Assembly: GCA_964291405.2 (NCBI GenBank)
Contig: OZ219926.1
Coordinates: forward strand, 3,328,001-3,392,000
Direction: 5' to 3'
Source: Thermodesulfobacteriota bacterium
GTDB lineage: Bacteria > Desulfobacterota > Binatia > Bin18
Length of the DNA stretch: 64,000 bases
The position numbers and the translations under genes are program-made. The notes under the pieces are model-generated. The model saw only the letters and a program-made list of their open reading frames with translations, ran no database searches and was not told the DNA's origin. Positions 29,615-38,973 of the stretch are shown here, in pieces (within the stretch, counting starts at the first letter, position 1; the number at the start of each line of letters is the position of its first letter).

Positions 29615-30130
29615 CTACGCGGCGGCAGCCTTGGCTGCATTCAGGGCTGCGTCATAATCCGGCTCGTTGGCGATCTCCGATACGTATTCAACGTGCCTGA
29701 GCGTTCCGTCTTTTCCCACAACGAACACCGCGCGGGCGGTTATGCCGGCCAGCGGCCCATCCGCGATCAACACGCCGTAGCCTTCGGCAAAGGCCCGGTC
29801 ACGAAAGTCCGACAAGGTTTTTACTTGTTCCACGCCGGCCGCGCCGCACCAGCGCTTCTGAGCGAACGGTAAATCCATACTCACCGTCCAGATTTCGATC
29901 CCCTCGCCGAGCTTGGCGGCTTCTTCGTTAAAACGCCGCGTCTCCGTGTCGCACACCGGCGTGTCAACAGACGGGACCGCACTCAGAATAATTACCTTCC
30001 CCTGGGCCTCGCTCAGCTTGACCGGCTGCAGATCGTTATTGACCACGGTGAAGTCCGGGGCGGCCTGACCAACCGATACTTCCGACCCGCCCAGGCTTAG
30101 AGGATTGCCTTGTAAAGTGACTGATGCCAT
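29615..30130 (-). CDS. tpx: Thiol peroxidase Tpx
   Basis: VTLQGNP, VPSVDTPVC, SMDLPFAQKRWCG, ARAVFVV, EPDY. Confidence 0.95.
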   Translation of the reverse strand: MASVTLQGNPLSLGGSEVSVGQAAPDFTVVNNDLQPVKLSEAQGKVIILSAVPSVDTPVCDTETRRFNEEAAKLGEGIEIWTVSMDLPFAQKRWCGAAGVEQVKTLSDFRDRAFAEGYGVLIADGPLAGITARAVFVVGKDGTLRHVEYVSEIANEPDYDAALNAAKAAAA

Positions 30131-30290
30131 TTCAACCTCCTTGTCTTGCTCTCACATATCGTTCCTGAATAATGGAGAGAGCATTCTACTTGGACGCATT
30201 TGAATTGCAACGTCCCTCGCGCATGGAGCATGATTGAGCCAAAGGGGCTGGCTATTCGAGGAGTATGCAGGGGCAAGGAGGAGGAGACGT

Positions 30291-30953
30291 ATGTGTGGTC
30301 GCTACAGTCTGACGACAGATGAGAAGCAGCTCCAGGCTCGGTTTGTGGCGCGAACCATGCCTCGTACGCAAACCGCGCGGTACAATATCGCGCCGACCCA
30401 GCCGGTGTGGGCGCTAGTCTATGCGCAGGAATCACAGATCGTAGCGTTACGTTGGGGGTTGATCCCGTCCTGGGCCAAGGACAAAGCCATCGGCAACCGG
30501 ATGATTAACGCCCGCGCCGAAGGGGTCGCAGAAAAGCCGAGCTTTCGCCGGGCGATTCGGAAGCGGCGCTGTCTGGTATTGGCCGACGGTTTTTATGAAT
30601 GGAAAAAGACCGGGCCATCCAAAGTGCCGTATTATATCCGGCTGAAATCCGGTGAGCCGTTTGGGTTTGCCGGTTTATGGGAACGCTGGGCTGGATCGTC
30701 CGGAGAAACGATTCATTCGTGCACCATTATCACCACCACACCGAACGAACTCATGGCAGACATCCATCACCGCATGCCGGTGATGGTCCCTCGTGAGGCT
30801 GAAGAGCACTGGCTCGACCCAACGGTCGAAGACCCGCAGAAAGTTCTGCCCCTCCTCCAACCATACCCTGCCGGCGAGATGGAAGCCTACGCGGTCTCAA
30901 CCCTGGTAAATTCTCCACGCAACGATGTGGCGGCCTGTGTTGAGCCAGCGTAG
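30291..30953 (+). CDS. SOS response-associated peptidase (SRAP/YedK/HMCES)
   Basis: Starts MCGRY (catalytic Cys2) after GGAGGAG; RYNIAP, WGLIPSW, INARAE, GFYEW, HHRMP. Confidence 0.95.
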   Translation: MCGRYSLTTDEKQLQARFVARTMPRTQTARYNIAPTQPVWALVYAQESQIVALRWGLIPSWAKDKAIGNRMINARAEGVAEKPSFRRAIRKRRCLVLADGFYEWKKTGPSKVPYYIRLKSGEPFGFAGLWERWAGSSGETIHSCTIITTTPNELMADIHHRMPVMVPREAEEHWLDPTVEDPQKVLPLLQPYPAGEMEAYAVSTLVNSPRNDVAACVEPA

Positions 30954-30970
30954 CATACTCGAAACATGAA

Positions 30971-31516
30971 TTAGCCACCCGTTTCTTTGGCGTCTGGCTC
31001 AAGATCAACCTGGGTCGCCGTGAGGAAACGGACAACCATATTATAGAACGCGGTATTCAAGCTGAGTTCGACGATCTGTTCCTCATTGAGAAAGGCACGG
31101 AGCGCGTCAAAGGTCGTATCCGCAATCTGTACCTGCTCGGTCATCTCGGTTGCGTAGCGAATAACGGTGCGTTCGTGTTCGTTAAAAGCCGGGCTGGTCT
31201 CCCAGTCCGCAAGTTTTTCTACTTGTTCAGAACTCACCCCAACTCGTTGGGCCAAGGCTTTATGGTGGGTATATTCATATTCGCAGTCGGTTAGCCTGCC
31301 GACTGTCATGATAGCGAGTTCCCGCAACCGAGGGTCAAGCGTGGTCCGATTCCGCAGCCCATCGCTGAAGTACAGCATTCGACGTAGGAGCAACGGGCTG
31401 TGCGCCACGATCCGAAAGATATTGCCAATCGAGCCGCGTTGTTTGAGAAGATCATCAAAAATATCGCGCTCAAGTTCAGGCAGGTCATCTCGGTCCAGAT
31501 AGGCTAAACGGGCCAT
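30971..31516 (-). CDS. Carboxymuconolactone decarboxylase family protein
   Basis: NIFRIVAHSP, LDPRLRELAI, CEYEYTHH, QIVEL..FYNMV.RF; ATG 31516. Confidence 0.85.
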   Translation of the reverse strand: MARLAYLDRDDLPELERDIFDDLLKQRGSIGNIFRIVAHSPLLLRRMLYFSDGLRNRTTLDPRLRELAIMTVGRLTDCEYEYTHHKALAQRVGVSSEQVEKLADWETSPAFNEHERTVIRYATEMTEQVQIADTTFDALRAFLNEEQIVELSLNTAFYNMVVRFLTATQVDLEPDAKETGG

Positions 31517-31538
31517 GCTGATTTCCTTTCCGGTGTGA

Positions 31539-32348
31539 TTACTCCGAATTCTTTCCGGATTTTTCTCCAAATTCGGGCGTGCGCTTATCCAGGAAGGCGC
31601 GCATGCCCTCGCGGGCGTCGTCGGACAAAAAGGCCGCTTTCTGGGCTCGGTACTCATAGGCCAGGGCTTGTTCGAGTGACGCGCTAGCGCCGAGGTAGAC
31701 GCCTTCTTTGATCCGAGCCAGGGTCTCGGCCGGACCTGTAGCCAGCGTCCGCACAAAATTGAGCGTGTCTTCCCAAAAACTCTCAAGCGGATAGACATGA
31801 TTCAGCAGGCCCAACCGCAAGGCTTCTTCGGCTCTGATCCGGTCGCCGGTCATCATGAGTTCCATAGCCTTGGCCGTTCCAACCAGGCGGGACAAAAAGA
31901 AGAATCCGCCCCAGTCGGGGACCAGGCCAATCTTCACAAAGCTCTCGGAGAAGAGGGCTTTGTCCGAACCGAGTCGAAAGTCGCAGCTTAATGCCAGATT
32001 GGCGCCCGCGCCGGCTGCGGCGCCGTTCACCGCCGCAATAATGGGCTGGGGCATGCGCCGCAGCAACTGGACGACCTGGCTGCCAAGGGCCATGCGCTGC
32101 TCAAGGACCTCGGTCGTGTTGTCGTCCTGGAGCTTGGCCATGCTGGCGATATCACCGCCGGCGCAGAAGGCTCTGCCCGCTCCGGTAATGATAATGCAGC
32201 GGACGCTCCGATCCGTTGCAAACCGTTCGAGCTGCTTGAGAAGCTGGCCGCGCATGGCGTCAGAGAATGCGTTCATGACCTCAGGCCGATTCAGCGTCAG
32301 TATGCCAATATGATCGCTCACCGCGGTGAGCACTTGGTTTTCGCTCAT
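31539..32348 (-). CDS. Enoyl-CoA hydratase/isomerase (PaaG-like)
   Basis: LNRPEVMNA, AFCAGGD, AVNGAAAGAGANLAL, FVKIGLVPDWGG. Confidence 0.9.
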   Translation of the reverse strand: MSENQVLTAVSDHIGILTLNRPEVMNAFSDAMRGQLLKQLERFATDRSVRCIIITGAGRAFCAGGDIASMAKLQDDNTTEVLEQRMALGSQVVQLLRRMPQPIIAAVNGAAAGAGANLALSCDFRLGSDKALFSESFVKIGLVPDWGGFFFLSRLVGTAKAMELMMTGDRIRAEEALRLGLLNHVYPLESFWEDTLNFVRTLATGPAETLARIKEGVYLGASASLEQALAYEYRAQKAAFLSDDAREGMRAFLDKRTPEFGEKSGKNSE

Positions 32349-32378
32349 GCTGTCCTCCGGGACTGTTCGTTGATGATA

Positions 32379-33737
32379 TCACCCAATCAGCGTCATAAGC
32401 TGGGCAATCTGAGAGGCATCCAGGGTTTCCAGCCGTTCAACAAGCTGAATACATTGCTGTGTGTGCTCTTCGGTCAGGTGGACACCGAGGCAGTCTCGAA
32501 TCTTGACTATATGGTCGTCCCACGCTAGAGGCGGTCGGCCCCAAAAGCCTTGCGGGCCATCACACCGAGCCGTCAGGCGCCGGTCGTCCTGGAGTTCGAC
32601 CGCAACGTCTACCCACATTTCTTCCAACACGCCGGGAATCGTCCCGTCCTGGGTCAGGCGAGTCCGAGACAGGAGGGCTGCCAGAGCGGGCCGCGCGCAA
32701 TAGTCGTCCGAGAAGGTCCGAATCGACACCTCGCCGTCGAGCAGGGCGGCGGCAACCGTATACTGGAAGCTGAATTTCCCGTCCAGACCACTGTGAGGAG
32801 TCGGCCGATCGACATAGGGCATGACCGGGGCGGTAATATGGATGGCCCGAATAGAGTCGGGACTGGCGATTTGCTGGCGGAGTTCCAGCGCGGCCAATAT
32901 TCCGAAATGCGTGCCGTACTGACACGGAAACATCTTCATCACAAAGCCCGGATCGACCATGCGGTACGACTGCCCCAGGCGTAGCAATTCATCATACTGA
33001 AACTGCTCGCCAAAGAAGTGCTCGACATAACCGTTCGGCGCTTCAAAAATCGTTGGGTTGCCGGTAAAGCCGTGGAATGCCAATAAGGCCGCATCCAAAC
33101 CGGATAAGGCCGCCCAGCCACAGTGGGTCGCCTTGGCCATAGTCCCGACATTGGCCATTAACCCACCGGCGCGAGATGCGCTGATCCCCAGGGCGTGCTG
33201 AAGCTGTTCTTGGCTGAGTCCCAGCAGGTGGGCGGCGGCCGCAGCCGCGCCCATGAGGCCGACGCTGCTTGGCGGATGGACGCTAAACTCCGCGGGCGCG
33301 TATTGGTGGGAGGCCAGCCGGATATGTCCCTGGAGCTCGCAGCCTTTGACAAAGGCCGTGATGATTTCCCGACCCGGAGCCTGTCGATCTTCGGCCAAGG
33401 CGAGAATGGCCGGCAGCGTTGGCGATGTGGCGTGGGTGGGAGGACTCCACATCGGCTCATAGTCCAGGACGTGCATGGCAATGCCGTTGGCGTACGCTGC
33501 CAGAACGGGCGAGGTGCGAAAGCCATGACCAATAACAGTCGCCGTTTCTTTTCCGCCTTGACTGTTGACATGGGTGGCGGCAATGGTCGGCCCCGGCTCT
33601 CTGGCTCCAGCCACCGCAACGGCAATGCCGTCGAGAATGACCCGCTTGGCCACCGCAATAATTTCGTCTGGGAGCGACGCAAAAGTCATCCGGGTCAGGG
33701 TATGACAGAGCTCAGCCGTGGCTTGGCGGGTAGGCAT
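32379..33737 (-). CDS. MmgE/PrpD family protein
   Basis: AKRVILD, AAYANGIAMHVLDY, THATS, KATHCG, KMFPC..GTH, KFSFQY. Confidence 0.9.
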   Translation of the reverse strand: MPTRQATAELCHTLTRMTFASLPDEIIAVAKRVILDGIAVAVAGAREPGPTIAATHVNSQGGKETATVIGHGFRTSPVLAAYANGIAMHVLDYEPMWSPPTHATSPTLPAILALAEDRQAPGREIITAFVKGCELQGHIRLASHQYAPAEFSVHPPSSVGLMGAAAAAAHLLGLSQEQLQHALGISASRAGGLMANVGTMAKATHCGWAALSGLDAALLAFHGFTGNPTIFEAPNGYVEHFFGEQFQYDELLRLGQSYRMVDPGFVMKMFPCQYGTHFGILAALELRQQIASPDSIRAIHITAPVMPYVDRPTPHSGLDGKFSFQYTVAAALLDGEVSIRTFSDDYCARPALAALLSRTRLTQDGTIPGVLEEMWVDVAVELQDDRRLTARCDGPQGFWGRPPLAWDDHIVKIRDCLGVHLTEEHTQQCIQLVERLETLDASQIAQLMTLIG

Positions 33738-33778
33738 CCTTCTAGGCTCGTGCTTCCGTTAACTCTCTCTGGATTTGC

Positions 33779-34186
33779 TTACGGGTGGAAAATCCGAAGC
33801 TGGAAGGGGATAAGGTGGCGTATTGTGATGAAGTGGCGATCCGCCGTCAGTAGCAGGGCACCCGTATAGCGAGCTGTCAGGGCGAGGAGAAGATCATTTT
33901 GGAGTCTGGCTAAGCCTATTGCCTCATGGTCCGGGAAAATTTTTGGTAAGAGTCTCCCCGTCTCAACCCAACAGCGTCTCCAGGACGGTGGTTCTAAGGG
34001 AACCAACTGGCCGACAAACCGCTCAATGCTGCGTCGGCCATGATCGGGGACGCCTCGGAGTAACTCGCTGGCGACCACCGGAGATAACCGGACAGGGGCG
34101 TTTCCAATCTCGTACAGGACCATGTCCCAGGTCAAAAGACCGGACAGTAGTGAGATATGGATGTTGGTATCAAAGAAGGCGATCAT
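33779..34186 (-). CDS. PIN-domain (VapC-like) toxin
   Basis: FFDTNI, SPVVASELLRG, NDLLLALTA, LLTADRHF (PIN acidic residues); ATG 34186 overlaps antitoxin 3' end. Confidence 0.88.
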   Translation of the reverse strand: MIAFFDTNIHISLLSGLLTWDMVLYEIGNAPVRLSPVVASELLRGVPDHGRRSIERFVGQLVPLEPPSWRRCWVETGRLLPKIFPDHEAIGLARLQNDLLLALTARYTGALLLTADRHFITIRHLIPFQLRIFHP

Positions 34187-34370
34187 TGATATCAGAGGAT
34201 GAAATGACTCCGACAGTCTCACGTAAGACCTTATGGGAATGAAGCCGCTCTTCTTCTTCAGCCAACAGCGTATTAATTAACTCTGATTGGGTTTTTGCTT
34301 TACGGGCTCGCATGAGTCTCCGAAGCCGGGTCTCAGGAACTCGGACGGTCAGGGCCTTTCGCGTATCCAT
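34170..34370 (-). CDS. Ribbon-helix-helix-like antitoxin
   Basis: 66 aa; LTVRVPE..L..L....TQSELINTLL pattern; AGGA RBS; directly upstream of and overlapping PIN gene. Confidence 0.75.
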   Translation of the reverse strand: MDTRKALTVRVPETRLRRLMRARKAKTQSELINTLLAEEEERLHSHKVLRETVGVISSSDINDRLL

Positions 34371-34381
34371 GGGCGTTCCTC

Positions 34382-34417
34382 TTATGTATGACGAAATATA
34401 ATATTTGTCATACATAA
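34382..34417. promoter_or_regulatory. Toxin-antitoxin operator palindrome
   Basis: TTATGTATGAC-gaaatataatattt-GTCATACATAA, perfect 11-bp arms, 12 nt upstream of antitoxin ATG. Confidence 0.8.
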
Positions 34418-34461
34418 CACGGCGACGCTAGGGATAACAACCCTCTGTGCTCTTTACTCTT

Positions 34462-35385
34462 TCAGAAAACGTTCCGGCGCTTCTGAGGTGAGGGGGGTCT
34501 TTCTTCGTCCTGACCCTTCAGAAACCTGTACTGCAAGGCTTGCGCTTCAGCCAGGCCAATCAGCTCTTCTCGTTCGGCAAAAGAGGCCATGTCCTCCGCC
34601 ATTGCTGCCGTATGGCCGTGGGTACGGATTTCGGCGGCGGCCCGCTGCATGGCCCGAATAGCAGCACGTTGCAGGTCTGACGGAACAATCATGATCCGGT
34701 ACCCGAGGGTAGCGAGCTGCTCGGCCGGAACCAGCGGGGTTTTACCACCCCAGAACATGTTGATCACGAGTGGTGCTTTGACCTCCAGGGCTATCCGCTC
34801 AATCTCATCGATCGATTGCGGCGCTTCCACAAAAATCATGTCCGCCCCTGCCTCAGCATAGGTATTCCCCCGTTCAATCGCCGCGTCCAGCCCAAGAACG
34901 GCCCGAGCGTCGGTCCGGGCGATAATGACCAGTCCGCTGTCGCCACACGCTTCTACCGCGGCCTGGATTTTCTGGACCATCTCCGTGCTAGCGACCACCT
35001 GTTTGCCCTCATAATGGCCGCAGCGTTTGGGTTCGACCTGATCCTCAATATGCAGGGCTGCCGCGCCGGAACGCGCATACGTCCGAATCGTCCGAATGAC
35101 GTTCAGCGCATTCCCATAGCCCGTGTCGGCATCCACAATAAGCGGCAGGGCGGTGACCGCGCGAATCTCTTCCAGCCGCTTTTGCATTTCCGTGAGGGTA
35201 ACCAGGCCAATATCGGGATAGCCCATACTGCGCGCGATAGCGCCACCGCTCACATACAACACCGCCACACCCGCGGCTTCGGCAATCTTGGCTGACAGCC
35301 CATCGTATACGCCCGGAGCCGTGATCAGGTTCTCTTGGGCGAGTAGCGCTCTGAACTGGGTCGGACCTTGGGTCGTTTGCAACAC
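34462..35385 (-). CDS. Isocitrate lyase/PEP mutase family (PrpB/2,3-dimethylmalate lyase-like)
   Basis: PGVYDGLSA, GYPDIGL, DADTGYG, IEDQ..PKRCGH, IIARTDA, FVEA. Confidence 0.92.
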   Translation of the reverse strand: MLQTTQGPTQFRALLAQENLITAPGVYDGLSAKIAEAAGVAVLYVSGGAIARSMGYPDIGLVTLTEMQKRLEEIRAVTALPLIVDADTGYGNALNVIRTIRTYARSGAAALHIEDQVEPKRCGHYEGKQVVASTEMVQKIQAAVEACGDSGLVIIARTDARAVLGLDAAIERGNTYAEAGADMIFVEAPQSIDEIERIALEVKAPLVINMFWGGKTPLVPAEQLATLGYRIMIVPSDLQRAAIRAMQRAAAEIRTHGHTAAMAEDMASFAEREELIGLAEAQALQYRFLKGQDEERPPSPQKRRNVF

Positions 35386-35389
35386 CGCG

Positions 35390-36910
35390 CTATTCTCCTC
35401 GTGCCCAGCGTGCGGCGTGCGTACCGGCTAGCCGGCCGAAAACCGCGCCACGCATCAGCCCGGAGCCGCCCGGATAATTACGATAGAAAAAACCACCGGT
35501 CATTTCGCCGGTTGCGAACAGGCCGGGGATGGGCCGGTCCAAGTGATCGACGACCGCCGCATCGGTGTTGATCCGTAGACCGCCAAAGGTGAAGGTGATC
35601 CCGAGCGAGACCGGATAGGCGTAAAAGGGTGGCTGGTCGAGCCGGGTCGCCCAGTTGGTTTTTTCCGGTCGCAGACCACGCGTCCGCTTGCCATCTTTTC
35701 GGTCAGGGTCGAAGGGGCCGTCTTGAACTGCGTTGTTATAGGCCTCAAGCGTGGACAGGAAAGCATCTCGGCGAAAATCCAAAGCCGCGTAGCGCTCCTC
35801 GATGTGATCTGCCAAATCGGCCAGACTGTCGGCGCTAATGGGTGTACCGGTATTATAGCGCGTCTCCAATAGCGAGACGGTCTGCTGGTCAAAGACCTGA
35901 AAGATGGTTGCGCTACGTTGCTGCAAAATATCCCGCCCCATTCTGGCGTAGGTGTACAAATTAAAATCCTCGCCCTCGTCAACAAAGCGCTCACCGTCCA
36001 GATTGACCATGACCGAGAACGGATAGGATAGCCGGTTGGTCTTATCGGTGAGCCGCAGGTCGCCATAGGTCGGGGCGTCGGCATCAATCGGCGTGGCATG
36101 ACAACCCGCCCATTCGCCATAACTCTGAGCCCCAACCGACAAGGCCGCACGCGTCATCTCGCCGGTATTAAAACGGCTGCCTCTGACCTTGACTACGCTC
36201 CAACTCGGACCGAGATAAGCCGTGCGCATTTCCGGGTTGGCCTGGAATCCACCGCTGGCCAGAACCAGGGCTTGACACTCGACAGTATACAGGCCGCTGG
36301 GCTTACGTATGGCAAGACCGGTCACGCGACCATCCTCGGCCGTGAGAATTTGCTGGGCCTGGGCTTCGTACCAGACTGGAATGCCCGCCTCAGACGCAAG
36401 GCGAAACAGAGTGCTGGACAGCAGGACGCCTTCGCCTTTGGCACGGAGCGCGCCTCCGCGGGCGAGTTTGATCTTTTGAGCGCCGGCAACCCTGACCGGA
36501 CCAACGGCGCGGTTAAACTCCCAGGCCACGCCCAGGTCGGCCATCCAGCACACCGTATCATACGAGCGTGTGATCAAGGTGTGGGTCAACGCCGGGTCGG
36601 CCTGCCCTCCGGTGACGCGGTTGATGTCGTGCTGAAAGTCCTCGGGGGTATAGGGATCAACCATAACATCGCTCGGATCGTCGTTGTCCCTAATCAGCGC
36701 CATCAAATCGTCGATACCGTTATAGGTGCAGCGGAACAGGCCGCCGGTAAAACGTGTATTGCCGCCGCGTAATTTCTGCGTGGCCTTTTCGAGGACAACG
36801 ACCCGGGCGCCTTCAGCCCGAGCGGCCAGCGCGGCAGTAAATGCGGCATTGCCCGCCCCGACAACGATTACGTCAAACGTCTCTGGTGTGTGCTGAGCCG
36901 AGTCTGCCAA
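35390..36910 (-). CDS. FAD-dependent tricarballylate dehydrogenase TcuA-like flavoprotein
   Basis: VIVVGAGNAA, RGGNTRFTGG, LASGGFQAN, GERFVDEG, GITFTFGGL, YPGGSGL..GAVFG. Confidence 0.85.
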   Translation of the reverse strand: MADSAQHTPETFDVIVVGAGNAAFTAALAARAEGARVVVLEKATQKLRGGNTRFTGGLFRCTYNGIDDLMALIRDNDDPSDVMVDPYTPEDFQHDINRVTGGQADPALTHTLITRSYDTVCWMADLGVAWEFNRAVGPVRVAGAQKIKLARGGALRAKGEGVLLSSTLFRLASEAGIPVWYEAQAQQILTAEDGRVTGLAIRKPSGLYTVECQALVLASGGFQANPEMRTAYLGPSWSVVKVRGSRFNTGEMTRAALSVGAQSYGEWAGCHATPIDADAPTYGDLRLTDKTNRLSYPFSVMVNLDGERFVDEGEDFNLYTYARMGRDILQQRSATIFQVFDQQTVSLLETRYNTGTPISADSLADLADHIEERYAALDFRRDAFLSTLEAYNNAVQDGPFDPDRKDGKRTRGLRPEKTNWATRLDQPPFYAYPVSLGITFTFGGLRINTDAAVVDHLDRPIPGLFATGEMTGGFFYRNYPGGSGLMRGAVFGRLAGTHAARWARGE

Positions 36911-37077
36911 TGCCCTCTCCTCTCTGTGGTCGTCACTATAGCGCTTCTGGCCGGAGCGTGAATCCCCTTACTTTTTCGTGGCTGTCTCTTGACCCCAGGA
37001 TTCCTCCTGACATAGACAGGAAGAAAACAACACCGGCTGTGCCGCTCTGCGAGACATAGCCAAAGAGGAGGGATGAT

Positions 37078-37569
37078 ATGAACCCACGTGGGATGTCCCA
37101 TGTCGCGCTGTGCACCAACGATTTTGAGCGCTCCATGCATTTCTATCGGGATTTGCTTGGATTCAAGGTGGCCCAGCAGGGAACCACTGTTGAAGAGGGA
37201 GAATATCAGCAGGGGATTTACAAGAAGAAAAACCAACAGGTGAAGTTTGCCATTCTGCGCCACGGCAAAAAGAAAGCCACCCCGTACGGTCTCAACGAAG
37301 ACGCCCCGGTGATTGCCCTGCTGGCGCCAACGCAGAGCAAAGCGACCGGGAAGCCGATCTTGGTAGACCAGATTGGCATTTCCCACTTCGGGATATGGGT
37401 CAAAGGCTTGAACAGAGTCCACAAAGACCTGGAGAGTAAAGGGGTGGAATTTGTCGCCCCGCCGCACGTCTTGGCCAAGACCAAAGAGGGTACGATTCGC
37501 AGTGCCTTTGTCAAAGACCCGGATGGGATCATTATCCAGTTGGACGAAATGATCCCGGCTCGGGCGTAG
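37078..37569 (+). CDS. VOC/glyoxalase family protein
   Basis: SHVAL...DFERSMHFYRDLLGF, GISHFGI.V, FVKDPDGIIIQL. Confidence 0.88.
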   Translation: MNPRGMSHVALCTNDFERSMHFYRDLLGFKVAQQGTTVEEGEYQQGIYKKKNQQVKFAILRHGKKKATPYGLNEDAPVIALLAPTQSKATGKPILVDQIGISHFGIWVKGLNRVHKDLESKGVEFVAPPHVLAKTKEGTIRSAFVKDPDGIIIQLDEMIPARA

Positions 37570-37579
37570 ACTTTCGTTT

Positions 37580-37613
37580 CCCTCTCCCCCTGGGAGAGGG
37601 CTAGGGGGAGGGC
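37580..37613. repeat. CCCTCTCCC/GGGAGAGGG palindromic intergenic repeat
   Basis: CCCTCTCCC-cct-GGGAGAGGG-ctagggggagggc between convergent genes. Confidence 0.65.
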
Positions 37614-37623
37614 ACCCTCTCCC

Positions 37624-38400
37624 CTAATGCCCGACCTCTGTCGGCTGTGGCTGAGCCTGTTTGGTTCGGATGGTTTTGGCCCGAGCGGCCATCTCTTCAG
37701 CCTCGTCCTCGCGACTGAGCTTTTGCAGCAAATCGACATATTTTTCGAGGACAACGGCCACTGCCGGATGGTCCGTGCCGAGCTTCTCTTCGCGGATCTC
37801 AAGCGCTTGCTGAAAGAGTGGCTCGGCCTCTGCATACTTGCCCTGGGCAATGGCCAACTCGGCCAGTCCGCTGAGGCTGGTCGAGACGGCGGGGTGAGTC
37901 GGCCCAAGTGCCTGCTGTCTGATTGTCAGCGACCGCTGAAAATACGACTCCGCCTCGGTGTAGCGTTCTTGGCTCATATAGACGGCGGCCAGATTGTTGA
38001 GACAATTGGTGATGCGGTAGTGCGTGGGGCCGACCAGGGCCTCGGCGATTTTCAGCGCGCGCTGAAGAAAGGTCTCGGCTTCATCGTAGCGGCCGAGTTC
38101 TCGGTACAGCGAGGCTAGGTTATTCAGACTCTGCGCCACCCATGGATGGTGGGGCCCATAGTGCGCCTCCCGGATAGACAATGCCCGCTCATAATAGCTG
38201 GCGGCTTCAGCTCGTTTGCCCTGATTATGCGATAAGCTCCCCAGGTTGTTCAGGACAACGGCGACGCGGGAGTCCTGGGGACCAAACTTTTCTGCCTCCT
38301 GGAGGGCCGCGCGGAGTTGTTGCTCGGCTTCGATATAATGACCTTTTTGATACAGCCGTGCGCCCGCTTCGTTTGCCGTCTCCCAGGTGGTGTCACTCAT
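37624..38400 (-). CDS. Tetratricopeptide repeat protein (42-aa kinesin-light-chain-like repeats)
   Basis: About five repeats of A..LNNLA.LY..QG.Y.EAE..FQRAL.IRE..LGP.HP. Confidence 0.92.
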   Translation of the reverse strand: MSDTTWETANEAGARLYQKGHYIEAEQQLRAALQEAEKFGPQDSRVAVVLNNLGSLSHNQGKRAEAASYYERALSIREAHYGPHHPWVAQSLNNLASLYRELGRYDEAETFLQRALKIAEALVGPTHYRITNCLNNLAAVYMSQERYTEAESYFQRSLTIRQQALGPTHPAVSTSLSGLAELAIAQGKYAEAEPLFQQALEIREEKLGTDHPAVAVVLEKYVDLLQKLSREDEAEEMAARAKTIRTKQAQPQPTEVGH

Positions 38401-38480
38401 AGCGTCCCCTTTTGCCCAGCGGTCTGAACACGCCCATGTGTAGCAGCCCTTGTAAAAAACTGCGAGACATTGGTGGAGAC

Positions 38481-38966
38481 TTACACTGATAAAACCATCC
38501 CGATGACTGGCAGTAACACGTCGTTCCTGCGGACTGTTGATCGTTCAACCTCGACAAATCCAGCCTTTTTATAGAAGCCCTGAGCATTGAGAGTCGATGC
38601 CAAAGAGACATCTCTTTGAGACCCGGCTCGTGCGGCTGTCAGAGCCCGTTCAAGGAGTAAAATACCAACGCCTTGTTTGGCGTATTCAGGGGCAACATAG
38701 ATGGCGTGAATCTCTCCGGGGATAGCCTGCCCGAAACCGAGGATGGAGAGGCCGTCGGTAGCGACAAACATTTCCCCTCTTCCAATGCCCGGAAGATAGC
38801 CTTGTGGAGAACGATTTTTCAGCCAGCCTGCAAGCTGCTCAGACGAGTAATGTCCTTTGCACAGGATTTTGACCGACTGGGTATGAATTTCATGAATCCG
38901 ACCAGCATCATCGACCGTTGCTTGGCGGATTCCTAATCCCTGCTGCACGAGACTCTCTTGGGACAC
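38481..38966 (-). CDS. GNAT acetyltransferase (YafP-like)
   Basis: IRQAT.DD, YSSEQLAGW, IYVAPEYAKQGVG..LL, ASTLNAQGFY..GF; start (GTG 38966) uncertain. Confidence 0.82.
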   Translation of the reverse strand: MSQESLVQQGLGIRQATVDDAGRIHEIHTQSVKILCKGHYSSEQLAGWLKNRSPQGYLPGIGRGEMFVATDGLSILGFGQAIPGEIHAIYVAPEYAKQGVGILLLERALTAARAGSQRDVSLASTLNAQGFYKKAGFVEVERSTVRRNDVLLPVIGMVLSV

Positions 38967-38973
38967 CTGAGCT

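Noticed and set aside
5129-31516. Further selenoproteins among AhpD, Bcp, Tpx, GST and CMD genes
   Set aside because: All have ordinary Cys codons at their redox motifs and uninterrupted frames.
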